64,000 nucleotides of DNA from an uncultured Lactobacillus sp. (GCA_930989465.1 CAKNLX010000001.1:5858-69857), one strand, 5' to 3'; positions 11,796 through 22,318 are shown, counted from the stretch's first letter. Notes: generated by a model from the letters alone, not told the origin. Translations and numbers: made by a program.

Positions 11796-13178
11796 TTATT
11801 TTCTAAGTCCTTTAGGATAGAAATTTTTCAAAATTCCATTACCAGTAATTTTGCCAAAACTAAAAATCATTTGACTATAACTAACCAGCACAAAACCACG
11901 CAAATCACTTTGGACCTTAATCGTTTCTCCATGTAAGTACTTTTGGTAATCATCCAAGATTGCCAAATCAACTACACATGTCTGCTCCAATTGACCTAAT
12001 ACTTCTGCAAGTTGATGACCCGGTTCGAATCTCTTTTTCTTTAGAATTCCTAATTCGACACCATTATTAACAATGTGCAGCTTAGTCTTTTCAGGTAAAA
12101 CAATCGCAGGAATAAAGACATGATCATTTCTAACCATTGCTTTTTTAGGCCAATCACTCAAACTAGTAGGCAAATTAAATTGATTAATCACCTCTGCAAC
12201 TAGTTCTTGTTCGTTCTTAGTCAAACGCAATGGATTCTTTTTTTGCTTTTTCTTTTTACTCTTTTTGGTTACAACTTCTACATTGCCACCATTTTTCTGC
12301 AATACAGCAGCAAACTGACCTTCACCGACTCCATCTTGTGGCCAAAATCTAAGCGTTTTGGTTAATTCTGGATTATTATCACTCCACTCAGGATGACCTA
12401 GACTTATTCTTTCATCTTTGATTCCAGTATCTAAAATACTAAAATCGTGTTCATTAACTAACCAGCTAACAATTTGTTCATCTTCTTCTGGAGCAAACGT
12501 ACAAGTCGAATAGATCAAGCGTCCATTTGGCTTGAGCATCTTAACTGCTTCGTTCAAGATATCTTTTTGTCTTCTTTGACATGTCAAAACATAATCTTGA
12601 GACCAATAATCAATTGCTTCAGGATTCTTTCTAAACATCCCTTCCCCACTACATGGAGCATCAACTAAAATTACGTCAAAAAATCCTGGAAAAACTGGTG
12701 ATAATGCTTCTGGACTTTCATTAGTAATCAGTGCATTGCTTATTCCCCAACGCTCAATATTTTCTCTCAAGGCTTTAGCTCTAGTACCTGAGATTTCATT
12801 AGCAACTAACAGTCCTTCATTTTCTAGCTGCTCTCCTAATTCAGTTGTTTTCCCACCAGGAGCAGCACAAAGATCTAATACCCTGTCTCCAGGCTTAACA
12901 CCGCTCAACGCAGCAGGAAACATCGCAGCAGGATCTTGCGAATAAACGTATCCACTTACCCATTCAGGATCTTCACCGCTTATTTCGCCATAATATGCAT
13001 CCCTAAGATCAGGAATTGGTTTATTTAAGTCATAAGATAATTTGATCGGATTCTTTAACGTATTAATTCTAAAAGCTTTTTTGCTTTCTTCATTCATTGC
13101 CGTAAAAAGTGCTGTCGCTTCTTTATCGCCTAATAATTTTTCGTATTTTTCTTTAAATTCAACGGGTAGCTTTAACAA
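11796..13178 (-). CDS. rsmF: RsmB/NOP-family rRNA m5C methyltransferase (RsmF-like)
   Basis: DLCAAPGGKT, DAPCSGEG, YSTCTF, C-terminal KNFYPKGLR. Confidence 0.9.
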   Translation of the reverse strand: MLKLPVEFKEKYEKLLGDKEATALFTAMNEESKKAFRINTLKNPIKLSYDLNKPIPDLRDAYYGEISGEDPEWVSGYVYSQDPAAMFPAALSGVKPGDRVLDLCAAPGGKTTELGEQLENEGLLVANEISGTRAKALRENIERWGISNALITNESPEALSPVFPGFFDVILVDAPCSGEGMFRKNPEAIDYWSQDYVLTCQRRQKDILNEAVKMLKPNGRLIYSTCTFAPEEDEQIVSWLVNEHDFSILDTGIKDERISLGHPEWSDNNPELTKTLRFWPQDGVGEGQFAAVLQKNGGNVEVVTKKSKKKKQKKNPLRLTKNEQELVAEVINQFNLPTSLSDWPKKAMVRNDHVFIPAIVLPEKTKLHIVNNGVELGILKKKRFEPGHQLAEVLGQLEQTCVVDLAILDDYQKYLHGETIKVQSDLRGFVLVSYSQMIFSFGKITGNGILKNFYPKGLRK

Positions 13179-14136
13179 CTTTTTTATCCTTTCTTATTAA
13201 GTGATATAACGTGATACAAAATGCCACTACATTCATTAGCCATGCCATAAGTAAAACTATGCTCAACACACTAGCCACTGAATAAAATGCATGCCATCTT
13301 AAAAAGATATATGCTAAAAGTCCACAAACGCCTTCTACCATTAAAGTACGAGCACTACGATTAATTACCCAATTGCGGAATAAATCGCCATGAAGGTGGG
13401 TTAATTTAGCTTGTCGCATCATTAAAATTGCAAGTACTATATTAGTTACCACACCTAGTATCATGCAAGTTACTAACATTAAAATATTAGGCAATACTGA
13501 CAAGCGGTCACGGTGATGTTCCTGTACAAATGGAGGAATATGAAGCTTAGCGTGATAATGTTTAGCTATCTTACTAATTACATACGGAGTACTATCAATC
13601 ACTATCCTATAATTTCTTAACTGATCTCGTGCTGTAGGCTGATTTACTCCTGTGCTCAGATAATATTTATCCATTTCAACTTGAGGATAATTTTTAAACG
13701 TGCCAATTACAGAATAATAATTTCGTCCTAAAACAACATATTTATTATTTTGTGCTTCTAAAACATTGATCTTAGCAGTAGGACCTAATACAGCAAATGA
13801 GACTTTCCCTTCAAAATCATCTGGAGAAAAATAGCGTCCTGTTTCTGTCGGCAAACTTTTTACCACATGATTACTCCAGACTAAGACTTGCTTTTTTTCA
13901 TAATTACTATCGAAGTGTAATTGAATCTGATGATTTTTATAGTTCTTATTTAGGTAACGTAAAAAAGAACTAATGCTTTCATCGCTATCTGTTCTAAAAT
14001 AGCGTGTATTGTTAGTCAGCCCATGGGCTTCTAATACTTCATCTGCATAATCAGATTGAATATTAGAAATCATAGTGCCTATTCCCAAAAACATAATTAA
14101 CGGTACTAAAAGTAAAAAAATTCTTTTAAAATTCAT
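13159..14136 (-). CDS. hypothetical membrane protein, MacB-like extracellular core plus C-terminal TM helices
   Basis: N-terminal TM, GRYFSPDDF and YYSVIGTF motifs typical of MacB periplasmic cores, three C-terminal hydrophobic segments. Confidence 0.65.
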   Translation of the reverse strand: MNFKRIFLLLVPLIMFLGIGTMISNIQSDYADEVLEAHGLTNNTRYFRTDSDESISSFLRYLNKNYKNHQIQLHFDSNYEKKQVLVWSNHVVKSLPTETGRYFSPDDFEGKVSFAVLGPTAKINVLEAQNNKYVVLGRNYYSVIGTFKNYPQVEMDKYYLSTGVNQPTARDQLRNYRIVIDSTPYVISKIAKHYHAKLHIPPFVQEHHRDRLSVLPNILMLVTCMILGVVTNIVLAILMMRQAKLTHLHGDLFRNWVINRSARTLMVEGVCGLLAYIFLRWHAFYSVASVLSIVLLMAWLMNVVAFCITLYHLIRKDKKVVKATR

Positions 14137-14878
14137 TATCTATCTCAAATATCCGTTCATCAATAAAATCAAAACTTTGAAATGAACTATTAATTTCATT
14201 CAAAGCTGCTGTATGTTTAAACCAATTACGTTGCCAGAATTCTGGCGAATTAGTTGCCCCATCTTCTTCACCAATGAAGATAAAATGCTTTGCATTACTA
14301 TATTTTTGCCATGCATCAATTGCCGCAAGATCACTTTGACCGAAATTGGGTGACCAAGAGCAAAGAATCAAATCCACATCGGAATACTTTTTTATTGCTT
14401 GCGCTGCTTCTAAATTAATAACTGGATGAAATGGCTCCGCACCTGTTGATGAAGTCTTAGCCCATTCTAAGGAATCCGTACTTATTGTTTGAATTCCAAC
14501 ATTTGCTAGTGTACTTGACCAATAAGCATTGCCAGCCATAATTTCCAAAGCAGTATCAATCTGCATCTTATCTTTTATCAAAGCTGCCGTTTTTAAATTG
14601 GCTATTGACCAAATGCCATATTTCAAAGATAAGTATTGCCGAAAATTATTAAATAAGTTATTAATATCGGTTAATTTTCTTTTTTGATTATTTCCGATTT
14701 CTTTTAAAACATCTTCAAATTGATCTGGTAATAATCCCAATTTATCTGGTGCGGCTTTTAACGGCTTACCATTACCAACGTAATGATCAATTTGTTTTAT
14801 TTCTTCTACTTGACCATGTATCAGAGGATGATTAATTTCATCATCTAACATAGTTAATTTGTGCAAATAATTCGTCAT
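14126..14878 (-). CDS. putative class I SAM-dependent methyltransferase
   Basis: LEIMAGNAYWS motif-I-like, DLILCSWSP; overlaps the next gene in the operon. Confidence 0.65.
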   Translation of the reverse strand: MTNYLHKLTMLDDEINHPLIHGQVEEIKQIDHYVGNGKPLKAAPDKLGLLPDQFEDVLKEIGNNQKRKLTDINNLFNNFRQYLSLKYGIWSIANLKTAALIKDKMQIDTALEIMAGNAYWSSTLANVGIQTISTDSLEWAKTSSTGAEPFHPVINLEAAQAIKKYSDVDLILCSWSPNFGQSDLAAIDAWQKYSNAKHFIFIGEEDGATNSPEFWQRNWFKHTAALNEINSSFQSFDFIDERIFEIDNEF

Positions 14879-14963
14879 ATCTTCCTACCTTACCTAATGA
14901 TTTTACCATTCAAAGTCATAGAAATCAGTTATAATAAAAATAGCAAATAAAAGGAGATTGTTT

Positions 14964-15533
14964 ATGGGAGAAAAAACTAAGAAGAAAAATGAAGACGAAG
15001 AAAGCATAGGTCTTTTTGTTCTCGATATAATCATTATGTTTGCGATTTTGATGGGGATTTACTATTTTGTATTTAGCTTTTTCCTTTCAAATGAAACAGT
15101 TTCTGGCCCCTCAATGCAGCCAACATTTGAAAATGGTGATCGTTTAATTGCCGTTCGTCATTTTACGCCTAAGCGCAATGATATTGTGATTTTAAAAGCT
15201 CCTGATCAAAAAGGCGCTTTATATATCAAGCGTGTAATTGGCACACCTGGCGATATGGTTACTTCAAAAAATGATAAGCTTTACATTAACGGTAAGCAAA
15301 TCGCTGAACCATATTTGAATAACAAGTATGAAAAGCAAGCTCATCGTTTAGGAGAACTATATACTAACAATTTTACATTAAAAGAAAAAGTACCTAAGAA
15401 TCACTACTTCGTCATGGGTGATCATAGAGATGTTTCTAAAGATTCTCGTTACTTTGGCTTTGTTAAACGGAGTGCACTTATTGGGAAAGTTGTCTTCCGC
15501 TACTGGCCATTTACTCAGTGGAAAACATTTTAA
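14964..15533 (+). CDS. lepB: signal peptidase I
   Basis: GPSMQPT, YIKRVIG, GDHRDVSKDSR; ATG 14964 after AAGGAG. Confidence 0.93.
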   Translation: MGEKTKKKNEDEESIGLFVLDIIIMFAILMGIYYFVFSFFLSNETVSGPSMQPTFENGDRLIAVRHFTPKRNDIVILKAPDQKGALYIKRVIGTPGDMVTSKNDKLYINGKQIAEPYLNNKYEKQAHRLGELYTNNFTLKEKVPKNHYFVMGDHRDVSKDSRYFGFVKRSALIGKVVFRYWPFTQWKTF

Positions 15534-15595
15534 TTATTTAAAAGTTTTATTTTGTATATAATTTGATTAAAATTAAAGTGTAAGGAGAGATTATT

Positions 15596-15787
15596 ATGAA
15601 TGAGCAACAAGAAGAATTATCGAACGCAATTATTGATTTTCAAGTTAAACACCATGTTAATGATACTGATTTAGCTTTTGCTAGTCACCTATCTGTTGAA
15701 AAGGTGCATGCAATGAAAACTGGTGATGGGGAATTCACCAACGAAGAAATTAATCAACTTTATGACTATATGTCTGCTAATGCTTAA
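15596..15787 (+). CDS. small protein with Cro/XRE-like helix-turn-helix pattern
   Basis: RBS AAGGAG, upstream TATAAT, DTDLAFASHLSVEKVHAMKTG resembles an HTH. Confidence 0.7.
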   Translation: MNEQQEELSNAIIDFQVKHHVNDTDLAFASHLSVEKVHAMKTGDGEFTNEEINQLYDYMSANA

Positions 15788-15798
15788 TTAGTAATCAT

Positions 15799-15837
15799 AA
15801 AAAAGGCTTCACTCTTAATTTGAGTGAAGCCTTTTTT
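15799..15837. terminator. bidirectional terminator
   Basis: AAAAAAGGCTTCACTC...GAGTGAAGCCTTTTTT between convergent genes. Confidence 0.85.
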
Positions 15838-17161
15838 ATCCGTGTTTTTCATGCCAAGCCTTAATTTGAGCTAGCCTCTTCTTAAATCGAATCTCATTTC
15901 CCTGATCACTAGGATGATAGAATACCTCGTCTTCTATCTCTGGCGGCATAGTTTTCATATTGGTCAATTTATCCGGACTGTCTTGAGCATATTGATAATC
16001 TTCACCATAATGCAAATCCTTCATCAACTTAGTTGGTGCATTCCTAATCTGCAATGGAACTGGGAGATTCCCTGTCTTCTTAATTAATTTCTTTGCCTTT
16101 TCTTGTGCTACATAAACTGAATTAGATTTTGGTGTAGAGGCCAAGTAAATCACACATTCTGTTAAATGAACTCCACATTCTGGCAAACCGATGTATTTAC
16201 ATGCTTGAAAAGTATTAATTGCGACATTTAAACTATTGGTATCTGCTAAACCCACATCTTCACTAGCAAAACGAACTAGTCTTCTAGCAATATATAAAGG
16301 ATCCTCTCCGCCCTCAATCATACGGTTAACCCAGTAAACAGCTGCATCAACATCACTGTTACGCATTGATTTATGCAAAGCTGAAATTAAATTATAGTGT
16401 TCTTCACCATGTTTGTCATAACGTAAAGATTTAGTATCAATTAACTGACTTAAAATATCATCATCAACTACAACAGTCTTACCAGATTTTTTACCATTCA
16501 AAACGGCAATTTCAAGAGTATTTAGACTGCTACGTGCATCCCCATTACCAAAGATTGCAATCTTACGTAAAGCCTCATCTGAGATTTTTATATTAAATTC
16601 AGGAAAAGCATTTGGATTCTTTAACGCTTGTTTTAAAAGTTGAATGATATTATCGGTAGTCAAAGAGTGCAACACGAATACCTTCGCTCTACTTAAAAGC
16701 GCCGAATTTACTTCAAAAGAAGGATTTTCGGTTGTAGCACCAATCAATGTGATACTCCCCTGCTCCACAAACGGCAAAAAAGCATCCTGTTGAGCTTTAT
16801 TAAAACGGTGAATTTCATCAATAAATACAATTGTCCTCTCACCAAATTGGCGATTTTGCTCTGCCTCTTCCATAATTTTCCGAATATCTTTGATTGAAGA
16901 AGTAACCGCACTAAAGGTAATAAAATGCGCCTTCGTGCGTTTAGCGATGATTTCAGCAAGAGTTGTCTTGCCTGTGCCAGGTGGTCCCCATAGAATTAAT
17001 GAGGGCACCTCATCCTTCTCAATTAATTCACGCAAGATCTTATCTGGACCGATTAAATCATCTTGACCAACGAAATCCGCTAAGGATTGTGGACGCACGC
17101 GGTCTGCCAATGGCGTATTTTTATTTTGATTTGCTAAAGAAAATAATGATTCTTCTTTCAT
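15836..17161 (-). CDS. rarA: replication-associated recombination protein A (MgsA/RarA)
   Basis: [46 protein letters not shown]. Confidence 0.95.
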   Translation of the reverse strand: MKEESLFSLANQNKNTPLADRVRPQSLADFVGQDDLIGPDKILRELIEKDEVPSLILWGPPGTGKTTLAEIIAKRTKAHFITFSAVTSSIKDIRKIMEEAEQNRQFGERTIVFIDEIHRFNKAQQDAFLPFVEQGSITLIGATTENPSFEVNSALLSRAKVFVLHSLTTDNIIQLLKQALKNPNAFPEFNIKISDEALRKIAIFGNGDARSSLNTLEIAVLNGKKSGKTVVVDDDILSQLIDTKSLRYDKHGEEHYNLISALHKSMRNSDVDAAVYWVNRMIEGGEDPLYIARRLVRFASEDVGLADTNSLNVAINTFQACKYIGLPECGVHLTECVIYLASTPKSNSVYVAQEKAKKLIKKTGNLPVPLQIRNAPTKLMKDLHYGEDYQYAQDSPDKLTNMKTMPPEIEDEVFYHPSDQGNEIRFKKRLAQIKAWHEKHG

Positions 17162-17189
17162 AACTTTACCTCAAAATCATTATAACAAG

Positions 17190-17222
17190 AAAAACAGCCA
17201 TCTTAATGATGACTGCTTTTTT
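17190..17222 (-). terminator. terminator of GntR-ABC operon
   Basis: Minus strand GCAGTCATC-ATTAA-GATGGCTGTTTTT. Confidence 0.7.
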
Positions 17223-18042
17223 AATAATTTGCGATTTTAGGTTCCACAAAGCTATGAACAAACCAGAAATCAATACTGTCAAATATAAGATTAACAATAA
17301 ATAAAATCAATGTGTCCAACCACATTGGATCATACTGCCAAATTATATTAGCGTCAGGCGACATGCGCTTAATATCGATCAAAGTTTCTAAATGAGAGAA
17401 AATAATTAAGCCTGAATACACAGCAACAACTACTAAGATTGCGATTACTAGTAATCTAATCCACAACGTGCTTTTAAATGGAAGAAAATCTGTGATCATC
17501 CTTGAAGCAAAGTTAGCAAAACTAACAAAAAGATAAATAAGTAAAATGATCATAATGATAAAGAGCCAATGTAATAAAACATCTCTCATTAAATCATAGT
17601 GTGCTGGCCAAAGCTGAAAATCTCGATAGACTTGAATAAAACTGTTTAATCCGTAACCTGGCAGCAACAAGATCCCATTAATAATTTGTTGCAAGAAAAA
17701 GAACAAAGCACAGGCAACCATGCTTGTAGACACATTGGCTAGATAAGTCTTTCTTTCATCAGCAGCTACTAAATGCCAGCTCTGACTCAAGTTAATCTTT
17801 TCATTTTGCCAGCAGGTCGCTGCACAAAAGGCAATGTCAAAATAGATGGTCAGCCACATGTAAGTATCTTCCCAGTATCCTGTTAAACCTGAATTAACTG
17901 AAAAGTTACTGGGCATGGTTATTCTCAATACGGTCATAAAAATGACTGTAAAAATGTTAACTACAAACAGCAAATAAATATAACGCTGTTTTTGTGACCA
18001 CATCTGTTTAAATAAATTCCAAAAACTAGTCAAGTTTCTCAC
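17221..18042 (-). CDS. ABC transporter permease, paralog 3
   Basis: Multi-TM; shared motif WQNEKINLSQSWHL and C-terminal FVEPK. Confidence 0.8.
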   Translation of the reverse strand: MRNLTSFWNLFKQMWSQKQRYIYLLFVVNIFTVIFMTVLRITMPSNFSVNSGLTGYWEDTYMWLTIYFDIAFCAATCWQNEKINLSQSWHLVAADERKTYLANVSTSMVACALFFFLQQIINGILLLPGYGLNSFIQVYRDFQLWPAHYDLMRDVLLHWLFIIMIILLIYLFVSFANFASRMITDFLPFKSTLWIRLLVIAILVVVAVYSGLIIFSHLETLIDIKRMSPDANIIWQYDPMWLDTLILFIVNLIFDSIDFWFVHSFVEPKIANY

Positions 18043-18046
18043 TTTC

Positions 18047-18874
18047 CTATCTTATCTTGGGTTCAACGAATTTTTGTACTAAGTAAGAGTTAACTATCCC
18101 TAAAATTAGTGAACCAACAAAGTATTCAATAGTAATCATTGGGAATGTATCACCACTGTATGCTCGATTTTTCATCATATGATTGATATACATCGTAGTT
18201 ATTTGATCATTAATTCTAAAGGCAATGGTGACACCTACGATTACCAAGATTGCCATAACAAAAATCTTGATCACAGTTGAGTTCTTACCAAGTAATTGAT
18301 CTGTAATAGTTCTGGTCAAAAAATTGGCAAAACTAACAAAACAAAAGATGATTAAAACCAATCCAATTAGCCAAAAGATCAATTCAAAAAAGCCTGCATA
18401 ATCAGACCATGAATTGAAGCCGGAGGTTTGATTGAAAATTTTGACTATATTATAGCCATAGCTAAGGCAATCAATTACAAAGACAATGATCCCCAGCACA
18501 ACTTGAATGACAAAGATATATGCGCATTCAACCAAACTGGTAAAAATATTGATCCACCAAAGCTTAATACTTGATACTGGTATCAACTGCCAAGTCTGAC
18601 TCAAATTAATCTTTTCATTTTGCCAGCAAAGTAAGCCAAGAAAAACAACATCACCAATAGCAGTAGTCATTATTCCTAAGGCCAAAATAACATCCCAAAA
18701 CCTAGGATGTGAACCTTGACCAAACACCAAATAGCCTTTAGCAAAATTGTTGCTAGTGATCAGATCCATTAAAAAAATAAAAATCACTGCAAAGGTTTGT
18801 ACCAATAATACTAGATGAGCATAGCGTCGTTTCTGGACAAACATTTGCCTAAATAAGGCTGAAAAACTAGTCAT
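18047..18874 (-). CDS. ABC transporter permease, paralog 2
   Basis: Start MTSFSALF at 18874 after GGAGG; WQNEKINLSQTWQLIP; FVEPK. Confidence 0.8.
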   Translation of the reverse strand: MTSFSALFRQMFVQKRRYAHLVLLVQTFAVIFIFLMDLITSNNFAKGYLVFGQGSHPRFWDVILALGIMTTAIGDVVFLGLLCWQNEKINLSQTWQLIPVSSIKLWWINIFTSLVECAYIFVIQVVLGIIVFVIDCLSYGYNIVKIFNQTSGFNSWSDYAGFFELIFWLIGLVLIIFCFVSFANFLTRTITDQLLGKNSTVIKIFVMAILVIVGVTIAFRINDQITTMYINHMMKNRAYSGDTFPMITIEYFVGSLILGIVNSYLVQKFVEPKIR

Positions 18875-18884
18875 AAGTACCTCC

Positions 18885-19730
18885 TTAATTTTGCTTTGCT
18901 TCGACAAATTTGTTCAAGAGCAAAATATCAATCAAGGTTACTACCACATCAAAGAGTAAAAATGCTACTAATGTACCACTCATTTGCAAATCATTATTAC
19001 CATCAGCTAAGAATGGAATAAAATTACTAATTGCACCAAAAACAACTGTAGTTGCTTTACTTAATAACCAAATAATCGCAATAATAATTACTACTCTAAC
19101 GATAAACATAATAAATTTGCTAGAACCGTTAGGCAAAAAGTCCATAATACTGCGGCTGCTTAAGTTAATAAGGCTAACAATGGCATACCAAGCATAACCG
19201 AGTAATATTACTAAAACTAAAGCTCCAAGCAGACTCCACCAGTCTTGTACAGCTAAGCGGTGACTTTCCTCAAAGAAACCAGACAAATTCTTTCTAACTT
19301 CATTCACCGTTAAGACAGGTAAACAAGTAACTGCTACGGTAATTCCTTCCAAGATGATTAACCACAAATAAGAAATAAAAGCAGTCCCAAAATTACTTAG
19401 CAAAAATTCAGTATCATTAATAGGAATCAGTCGCCAAGTTTGACTACGGTTAATCTTTTCATTCTTAACGGATGAAATAATCCAGTAGACAAAGTTTGCA
19501 AAAAATGATGTGATAAACATCATGACACCAAAGATCAATAAGTAAGCAATCAAATGGTTAGTTACCTCACGATGACCATTAATCATCATGACATTGGGTT
19601 CGCCTCTCATGGAAAAAATCATCCAAAGCGAAAAGCACAAACTTGAAAATGCTTGAATCAAATAAATTAGATAAACTGCCCTACTTTTTTCTTGAAACAT
19701 CCTGTTGAACAAAGTATTGAAACTAGTCAT
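18885..19730 (-). CDS. ABC transporter permease, paralog 1
   Basis: MTSFNTLF; KNEKINRSQTWRLIP; FVEAK. Confidence 0.8.
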   Translation of the reverse strand: MTSFNTLFNRMFQEKSRAVYLIYLIQAFSSLCFSLWMIFSMRGEPNVMMINGHREVTNHLIAYLLIFGVMMFITSFFANFVYWIISSVKNEKINRSQTWRLIPINDTEFLLSNFGTAFISYLWLIILEGITVAVTCLPVLTVNEVRKNLSGFFEESHRLAVQDWWSLLGALVLVILLGYAWYAIVSLINLSSRSIMDFLPNGSSKFIMFIVRVVIIIAIIWLLSKATTVVFGAISNFIPFLADGNNDLQMSGTLVAFLLFDVVVTLIDILLLNKFVEAKQN

Positions 19731-20437
19731 TATTCATCATCCTCATCTGCATAAAAACTTTCATAGTATTCTTCAATGCTCTTATGATTTTGACGGATAT
19801 CATCAGCTGATTTATGTTCTAGAACTGTATGATCTTTTACAACAACTACTTCATCAAGCAATGATGAAATTTCGTTGACAAAGTGATCTGAAATTAAAAT
19901 TGTGGCCTTTTCTTCTTTCCAAAGAATAATAGAGTTGATAATCTTCTTACGTGCCATCGCATCAATTCCACCAAAAGGTTCATCAAGTAAGTACAAATCA
20001 GCTTTGCGTGCAAAGGTCAATGCAATAATCAACTTTTCTCTCATACCACGTGATAATTGACTGAGTTTCATTTCTGGATCAAGCTTCATGAACTTACGTA
20101 ATTCAGTAAATTCATTTTCATCAAAATCTTGAAAAATGATGGCATAAAACTTAACCACGTCCTTAATCTTAGTGGAGTCACTGAAACCAGTTAAGCCATC
20201 AGTAAAGGACAATTTAGCCTTTCTCTCGGCTTCTTTAGTTGAACCTTCAAGATTGACTTCACCGCGATAATTCTTTGCGACGCCGGCAATAATTCGCATC
20301 AGAGTCGTCTTACCAGCACCATTTTCACCTAATAAAGCAACGATTTTACCTGAAGATAGATTTAAATTTACATCTTTTAAAATCATCTTCTGATTCTTTT
20401 TATAAGATAAATCTTTGACCTGTAATAAATCTGACAT
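19730..20437 (-). CDS. ABC transporter ATP-binding protein (YtrB-like)
   Basis: GENGAGKTT, LSRGM, LLDEPF; ATG 20437 after GAGGAG. Confidence 0.92.
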   Translation of the reverse strand: MSDLLQVKDLSYKKNQKMILKDVNLNLSSGKIVALLGENGAGKTTLMRIIAGVAKNYRGEVNLEGSTKEAERKAKLSFTDGLTGFSDSTKIKDVVKFYAIIFQDFDENEFTELRKFMKLDPEMKLSQLSRGMREKLIIALTFARKADLYLLDEPFGGIDAMARKKIINSIILWKEEKATILISDHFVNEISSLLDEVVVVKDHTVLEHKSADDIRQNHKSIEEYYESFYADEDDE

Positions 20438-20438
20438 T

Positions 20439-20804
20439 TTACTCCTCACTTTCCTTTAAATACTTTTCCAAAACTGTCACTAAACTATCTCTTTCAACAC
20501 CTAACTTAGCCATATTCTGAACAAACTCATCTAATTGATTATCAATCAATGTTTGCTTAGTTTTGACTAATAATTCTATATCTTCAGTAACAAAATTACC
20601 TTCGCCTCTCTTAGTGTAAAGAATGCCTTGATCGTTCATCTGTTGCAAAGCACGTTGAACTGTATTAACGTTAACTGTCAATTCAAGTGCTAACTTTCTT
20701 ACAGATGGGATTTTCTCTCCTGCTTTCATCTTCCCCAAAGCAATTTGAAGATATAAATATTGTTCAATTTGAAGATAAATGGGAATATTATCTTTAAATT
20801 CCAT
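20439..20804 (-). CDS. GntR-family regulator, YtrA subfamily
   Basis: PIYLQI, IPSVRKLA, VNVNTVQRA, RGEGNFV; short C-terminal domain. Confidence 0.92.
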   Translation of the reverse strand: MEFKDNIPIYLQIEQYLYLQIALGKMKAGEKIPSVRKLALELTVNVNTVQRALQQMNDQGILYTKRGEGNFVTEDIELLVKTKQTLIDNQLDEFVQNMAKLGVERDSLVTVLEKYLKESEE

Positions 20805-20826
20805 TTACTCACCTTCTGTTTTTAGC

Positions 20827-20880
20827 TGTATTACATATCTATTACACTAATAATATAACTATCTTTTTGCCTTTTTGCAA
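20827..20880 (-). promoter_or_regulatory. sigma-70 promoter with YtrA-type operator
   Basis: TTGCAA(20880-20875)-17 bp-TATATT, followed by palindrome TGTAATAGATATGTAATACA (20827-20846). Confidence 0.7.
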
Positions 20881-20914
20881 GCATTAAATTTGTTTCACAA
20901 TTTAGAAAAATAAT

Positions 20915-20959
20915 AAAAAAAGCTTATACATCCTATTAATAAAGGATGTATAAGCTTTT
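20915..20959 (-). terminator. terminator after pepT
   Basis: AAAAGCTTATACATCCT/AGGATGTATAAGCTTTT stem with T-tract on minus strand. Confidence 0.85.
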
Positions 20960-21076
20960 AATAATAGCAGTGAATTATTTTTATAAGATAAAGTTCAAAA
21001 CAATTCATTGGTTTATCAATGATTTCATGTTGTTTAAAAGTATATATTTTAAATGATTATGACTAAAATAGTTTCA

Positions 21077-22318
21077 CTACTTAGCTCTTTCCGCATTTAA
21101 TTCTGCCATCTTAATCATGACATCGACCGCTTTATACATTGATTCAAGAACAGTATATTCGTAGCGGCCATGCATGTTTTCTTCACCGGCAAAAATATTA
21201 GGACATGGCAGACCCATGTAAGTTAATTGAGAGCCGTCTGTACCACCACGAACTGGATCTTCATTAACTTCTAAACCTTCTGCCTTGTATGCATCCCTAG
21301 CTAAATCCACAATATCCATGTGCTTCTTCAATTCATCAGCCATATTGTAGTATTGATCATTCATTTGAAGCTTAATACGTTCAACGCCAAATTCATCGTT
21401 CATCTTTTTAACGATTGACTTAACCAAATTCTTACGGTCTTCAAGTCCATCACGTTCAAAGTCACGAATAATGTAATCCAGATGAGCGTTATCAACAGTA
21501 CCATTAAAACTCAACAAATGGAAGAAACCTTCACGACCATCGGTGTGTTCTGGACGATCGTGTTCAGGTAACTGATTATGAAAATCAATTCCGACTTGCA
21601 CAGCGTTAGTCATTTGGCCTTTAGCTACAGCTGGGTGAACGTTAACCCCTTGAATATCAAGACTAAATTGAGCAGCAGAGAAAGTTCCCCAGTCCAACTT
21701 ACCTGGTGCTTCACCATCAACAGTAAAGGCAAAATCGGCTCCGAAATCTTTTACGTCAAAATGTTCTGCACCGGTACCAATTTCTTCATCTGGAGTAAAT
21801 GCTAAGCGAATCTTGCCGTGCTTAACTTCTGGATGATTCATTAAGTATTCCGCAAAGGTCATTAATTCAGAAACACCACACTTGTCGTCCCCACCAAGCA
21901 AGGTATCGCCTGAGGCAGTAATTATAGTTTGACCCTTGTAATTCTTCAAGTGTGGAAAGACCTTTGGATCAAGGTAAAATTCTGAATCTCCTAATTGAAT
22001 CTTGCTTTCACCATCGTAGTTCTTATGAATTTGTGGCTTAACATTTTCCGAATTAAAGTCAGCTGTATCACTATGTGCTAAAAAGCCCATGACAGGCACA
22101 TCATAATCAACGTTTGAAGGAATTTCAGCGATTACACTACCTGCTTTTTGGTTGTAATGAATGTCACTTAAACCTAAGTCTTCAAGATCCTTCATAATGA
22201 CATTCTTTTGGAAGTTTTCTTCTCTTTCAGTTGAAGGAAAACGATCTGAATGTTCATCTGAACGTGAATTTACTTTTACATACTTTAAAAATCTTGGTAA
22301 CAAGTTTGGGTATTCCAT
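21077..22318 (-). CDS. pepT: peptidase T
   Basis: AHSDTA, LGGDDK, FTPDEEIG, RGGTDG, NMHGRYE. Confidence 0.96.
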   Translation of the reverse strand: MEYPNLLPRFLKYVKVNSRSDEHSDRFPSTEREENFQKNVIMKDLEDLGLSDIHYNQKAGSVIAEIPSNVDYDVPVMGFLAHSDTADFNSENVKPQIHKNYDGESKIQLGDSEFYLDPKVFPHLKNYKGQTIITASGDTLLGGDDKCGVSELMTFAEYLMNHPEVKHGKIRLAFTPDEEIGTGAEHFDVKDFGADFAFTVDGEAPGKLDWGTFSAAQFSLDIQGVNVHPAVAKGQMTNAVQVGIDFHNQLPEHDRPEHTDGREGFFHLLSFNGTVDNAHLDYIIRDFERDGLEDRKNLVKSIVKKMNDEFGVERIKLQMNDQYYNMADELKKHMDIVDLARDAYKAEGLEVNEDPVRGGTDGSQLTYMGLPCPNIFAGEENMHGRYEYTVLESMYKAVDVMIKMAELNAERAK

